From positions 273,427-337,426 of the forward strand of contig NIVC01000080.1 in assembly GCA_002269645.1 (NCBI GenBank): DNA of 64,000 nt. Direction: 5' to 3'. Both the position numbers and the translations under genes were made by a program. Shown piece by piece: positions 62,501 to 64,000 of this stretch (positions are counted from its first letter, which is position 1; each line of letters starts with the position of its first letter). The notes below the pieces were generated by a model. The model had not been told where the DNA came from. It made no database searches and saw only the letters and a list, made by a program, of their open reading frames with translations. This DNA comes from Macrostomum lignano. Taxonomy: Eukaryota.

Positions 62501-63211
62501 ACCTTTTCTACCAGCAACCTGCGCCGCGTTTTAGAGGACAATCCGCGGCTGTCCAGGGAGGAAGGTAGTTTTTGAATGGCAGTTGGCTATGTTTTAAACT
62601 AAGTGTATATGTATTTAAGGACTGTGGCCAGTGATATTCTGGTGACTATTCTGTAATCAGCATCGTTGCAAGGCCATGCTCAGCAGGAAAGGCTATGCAG
62701 AACTGAGGCTTGTTTCAACTAGGGACCCCATAGTTGGCGCCTTAGGTACCATGGCGCCCTTTGCTGTTCAAAATCAAAAATCCCCACCTATACCTATACC
62801 ATTGCAATTCACAATTATTCCGTGTAAAAAATCAAGGTTGCCTTTCTTTGCCGCGAACGCGGCGGCTCTGACGAAATCGGCAGTATTGAATGGCGCGTCG
62901 ATTTATCCGCTTTGGGCGGCGCCTACCGCCTGGCCAACCTGCGACTTATGCTGTCGCTGGCAGCCAATCACTGCGGAGTTGTAGTGGAGACCTGCCTGTC
63001 AAGCGATACTGGCACCAGCGTCACTGTTCAGGAGAGCTTCTACTCTGGCGAGGTGGCCAACGGCGCCCGCTGGCTGTCAGTCCGGGCTCAGATTCGCCAG
63101 CTGCCAAATGAAACGGGCTCAGATTCTACTTGGGGCCAGCTTTTTCGTGTTGCAGACTCTAGCTGCCCGCTATTGCCGCTGTCCCTTTCTCTGGACATTG
63201 TTAAGGTGTAG
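55978..63211 (+). CDS. NGLY1: Peptide:N-glycanase with Trx-PUB-TGase-PAW-PAW architecture, 7 exons, ~998 aa after indel correction (55978-56244, 56813-57325, 58363-58530, 59813-60366, 60977-61675, 62128-62564, 62856-63211)
   Basis: Trx: [12 protein letters not shown]: [19 protein letters not shown]...[11 protein letters not shown]. Core: [28 protein letters not shown], and the catalytic triad [10 protein letters not shown] / DHVWVEV / [11 protein letters not shown]: [33 protein letters not shown]. At least three 1-nt deletions and one defective acceptor must be assumed. Confidence 0.85.
57425..58235. repeat. 56-bp higher-order satellite (30+26 dimer), about 14 copies, in NGLY1 intron 2
   Basis: The unit is GGCAAATGGCCAGCTAGGACACGGTTGTCT-GGCAAATAGCCACCTGGTAAAGGTCT. 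The period is confirmed by CGGTTGTCTG at 57481 and 57537. Confidence 0.96.
58880..59590 (-). mobile_element. SINE family B copy interrupted by a microsatellite
   Basis: The reverse complement of 58880-59087 contains GGAGTCAGCGGAATGGGCAG. The reverse complement of 59550-59590 gives the upstream GCTGTGCACACCGTGTGAG part. Confidence 0.72.
59088..59550. repeat. (TCTA)n/(TCCA)n microsatellite, ~460 bp
   Basis: Read directly. It explains the YLSI-repeat ORFs 59035..59556 and 59049..59588. Confidence 0.98.
60530..60875 (+). mobile_element. SINE family B copy in NGLY1 intron 4
   Basis: It is near-collinear with 39061-39400. Confidence 0.82.
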
Positions 63212-64000
63212 AAGCTAGATCTTTGTGCAAAAATTGTTCGCATTGTTTTCTTTCCAAACTAGCAGTCACAAGTAGCGATATATTTATACTTTTCGATGTG
63301 TGAATTCTAACATTCATTTCTCTCTACTAAAGTACGCTTCGTAGGGGGCAGAATTGCCTCAGTACTGGTTGTTTCTATTCGGATAAATACGATGTCGCCG
63401 AAGGCGTTGCACCGGGTGCCCGCAATCCTTCCGCGAATATTACTCTTAAAGCATATAGTTTCAATTTTATATCAGCGGACGTCACGTCCTATAGGCAGGC
63501 AACTACAGAGACTTACTAGCGAATGCATGAGTATGCTAGCATGTGCGTCAGTTCTCGGTTCGATTTTTTCCCCGAAAAGAAATAATTTTGATCGAAATCT
63601 TACGAATAATATGATGATTTGGTTTCCTCATTCGATAGCTGCATGCAGCAATCAGATTTAGAATATGGGTTCTAATCTATTCTGATTACAGTCTAGCTGT
63701 GTAAATATTTTGAAATTTTAAAGATCGATTAATGAATTTTGTTGGTTTCTATTGTTGCGTATATGGATAAGCATTGTTGGTCATAAGTGATTCTGTATCA
63801 GTTCTCTTTATTTAGAAATTAAAATTAATAATCATTTCTCATTTTAACCCGACAGTTTTTTTCTTCAGGTTTCAGGTCTGCTATTACATACTGACTGTGT
63901 ATGTAATCTCTTTTTTGTAGCTTCATGTAGGAGCGTGTGTTCGGTCTTGTGACTTTTAATGTCTGTCTACAAGTGGATCGGAAATGTTGATTCTTTATTA

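Noticed and set aside
42663-63211. Functional proteostasis cluster (KLHDC10, ARL2, MTX1, NGLY1)
   Set aside because: Co-oriented housekeeping neighbours are ordinary. Nothing in the sequence shows co-regulation or operon-style processing.

Overview
This is eukaryotic (animal) genomic DNA. It has spliced genes with GT-AG introns, GC-rich exons with poly-Ala/Gln runs, and AT-rich spacers full of satellites, SINEs and DNA transposons. The style suggests an invertebrate, possibly the flatworm Macrostomum; that is inference only. Seven multi-exon genes were rebuilt by hand from splice sites and homology recalled from memory, with no database search. They are an RFX5/7-class transcription factor (minus strand), an ankyrin-repeat plus NEK11-like kinase, a ~10-finger C2H2 protein, KLHDC10, ARL2, metaxin-1, and a peptide:N-glycanase (NGLY1/PNG1). 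The strongest lead is the glycanase, whose predicted order is thioredoxin-PUB-transglutaminase-PAW-PAW, combining the nematode-type and mammal-type N-termini and adding a second, degenerate PAW domain. Other leads are the in-frame ankyrin-NEK11 splice, a 2A-like 'GDIESNPG' peptide in a non-LTR relic, a 51-bp perfect palindrome inserted in a SINE head, and a TSD-less insertion carrying a Crypton-like remnant. Alternating CpG-depleted and CpG-retaining domains, with CpG-decayed mariners, hint at methylation. ARL2 and NGLY1 carry several 1-nt indels, mostly in short homopolymers, that are either assembly errors or pseudogenisation. Most long ORFs in the supplied track that fall in repeats are artefacts.
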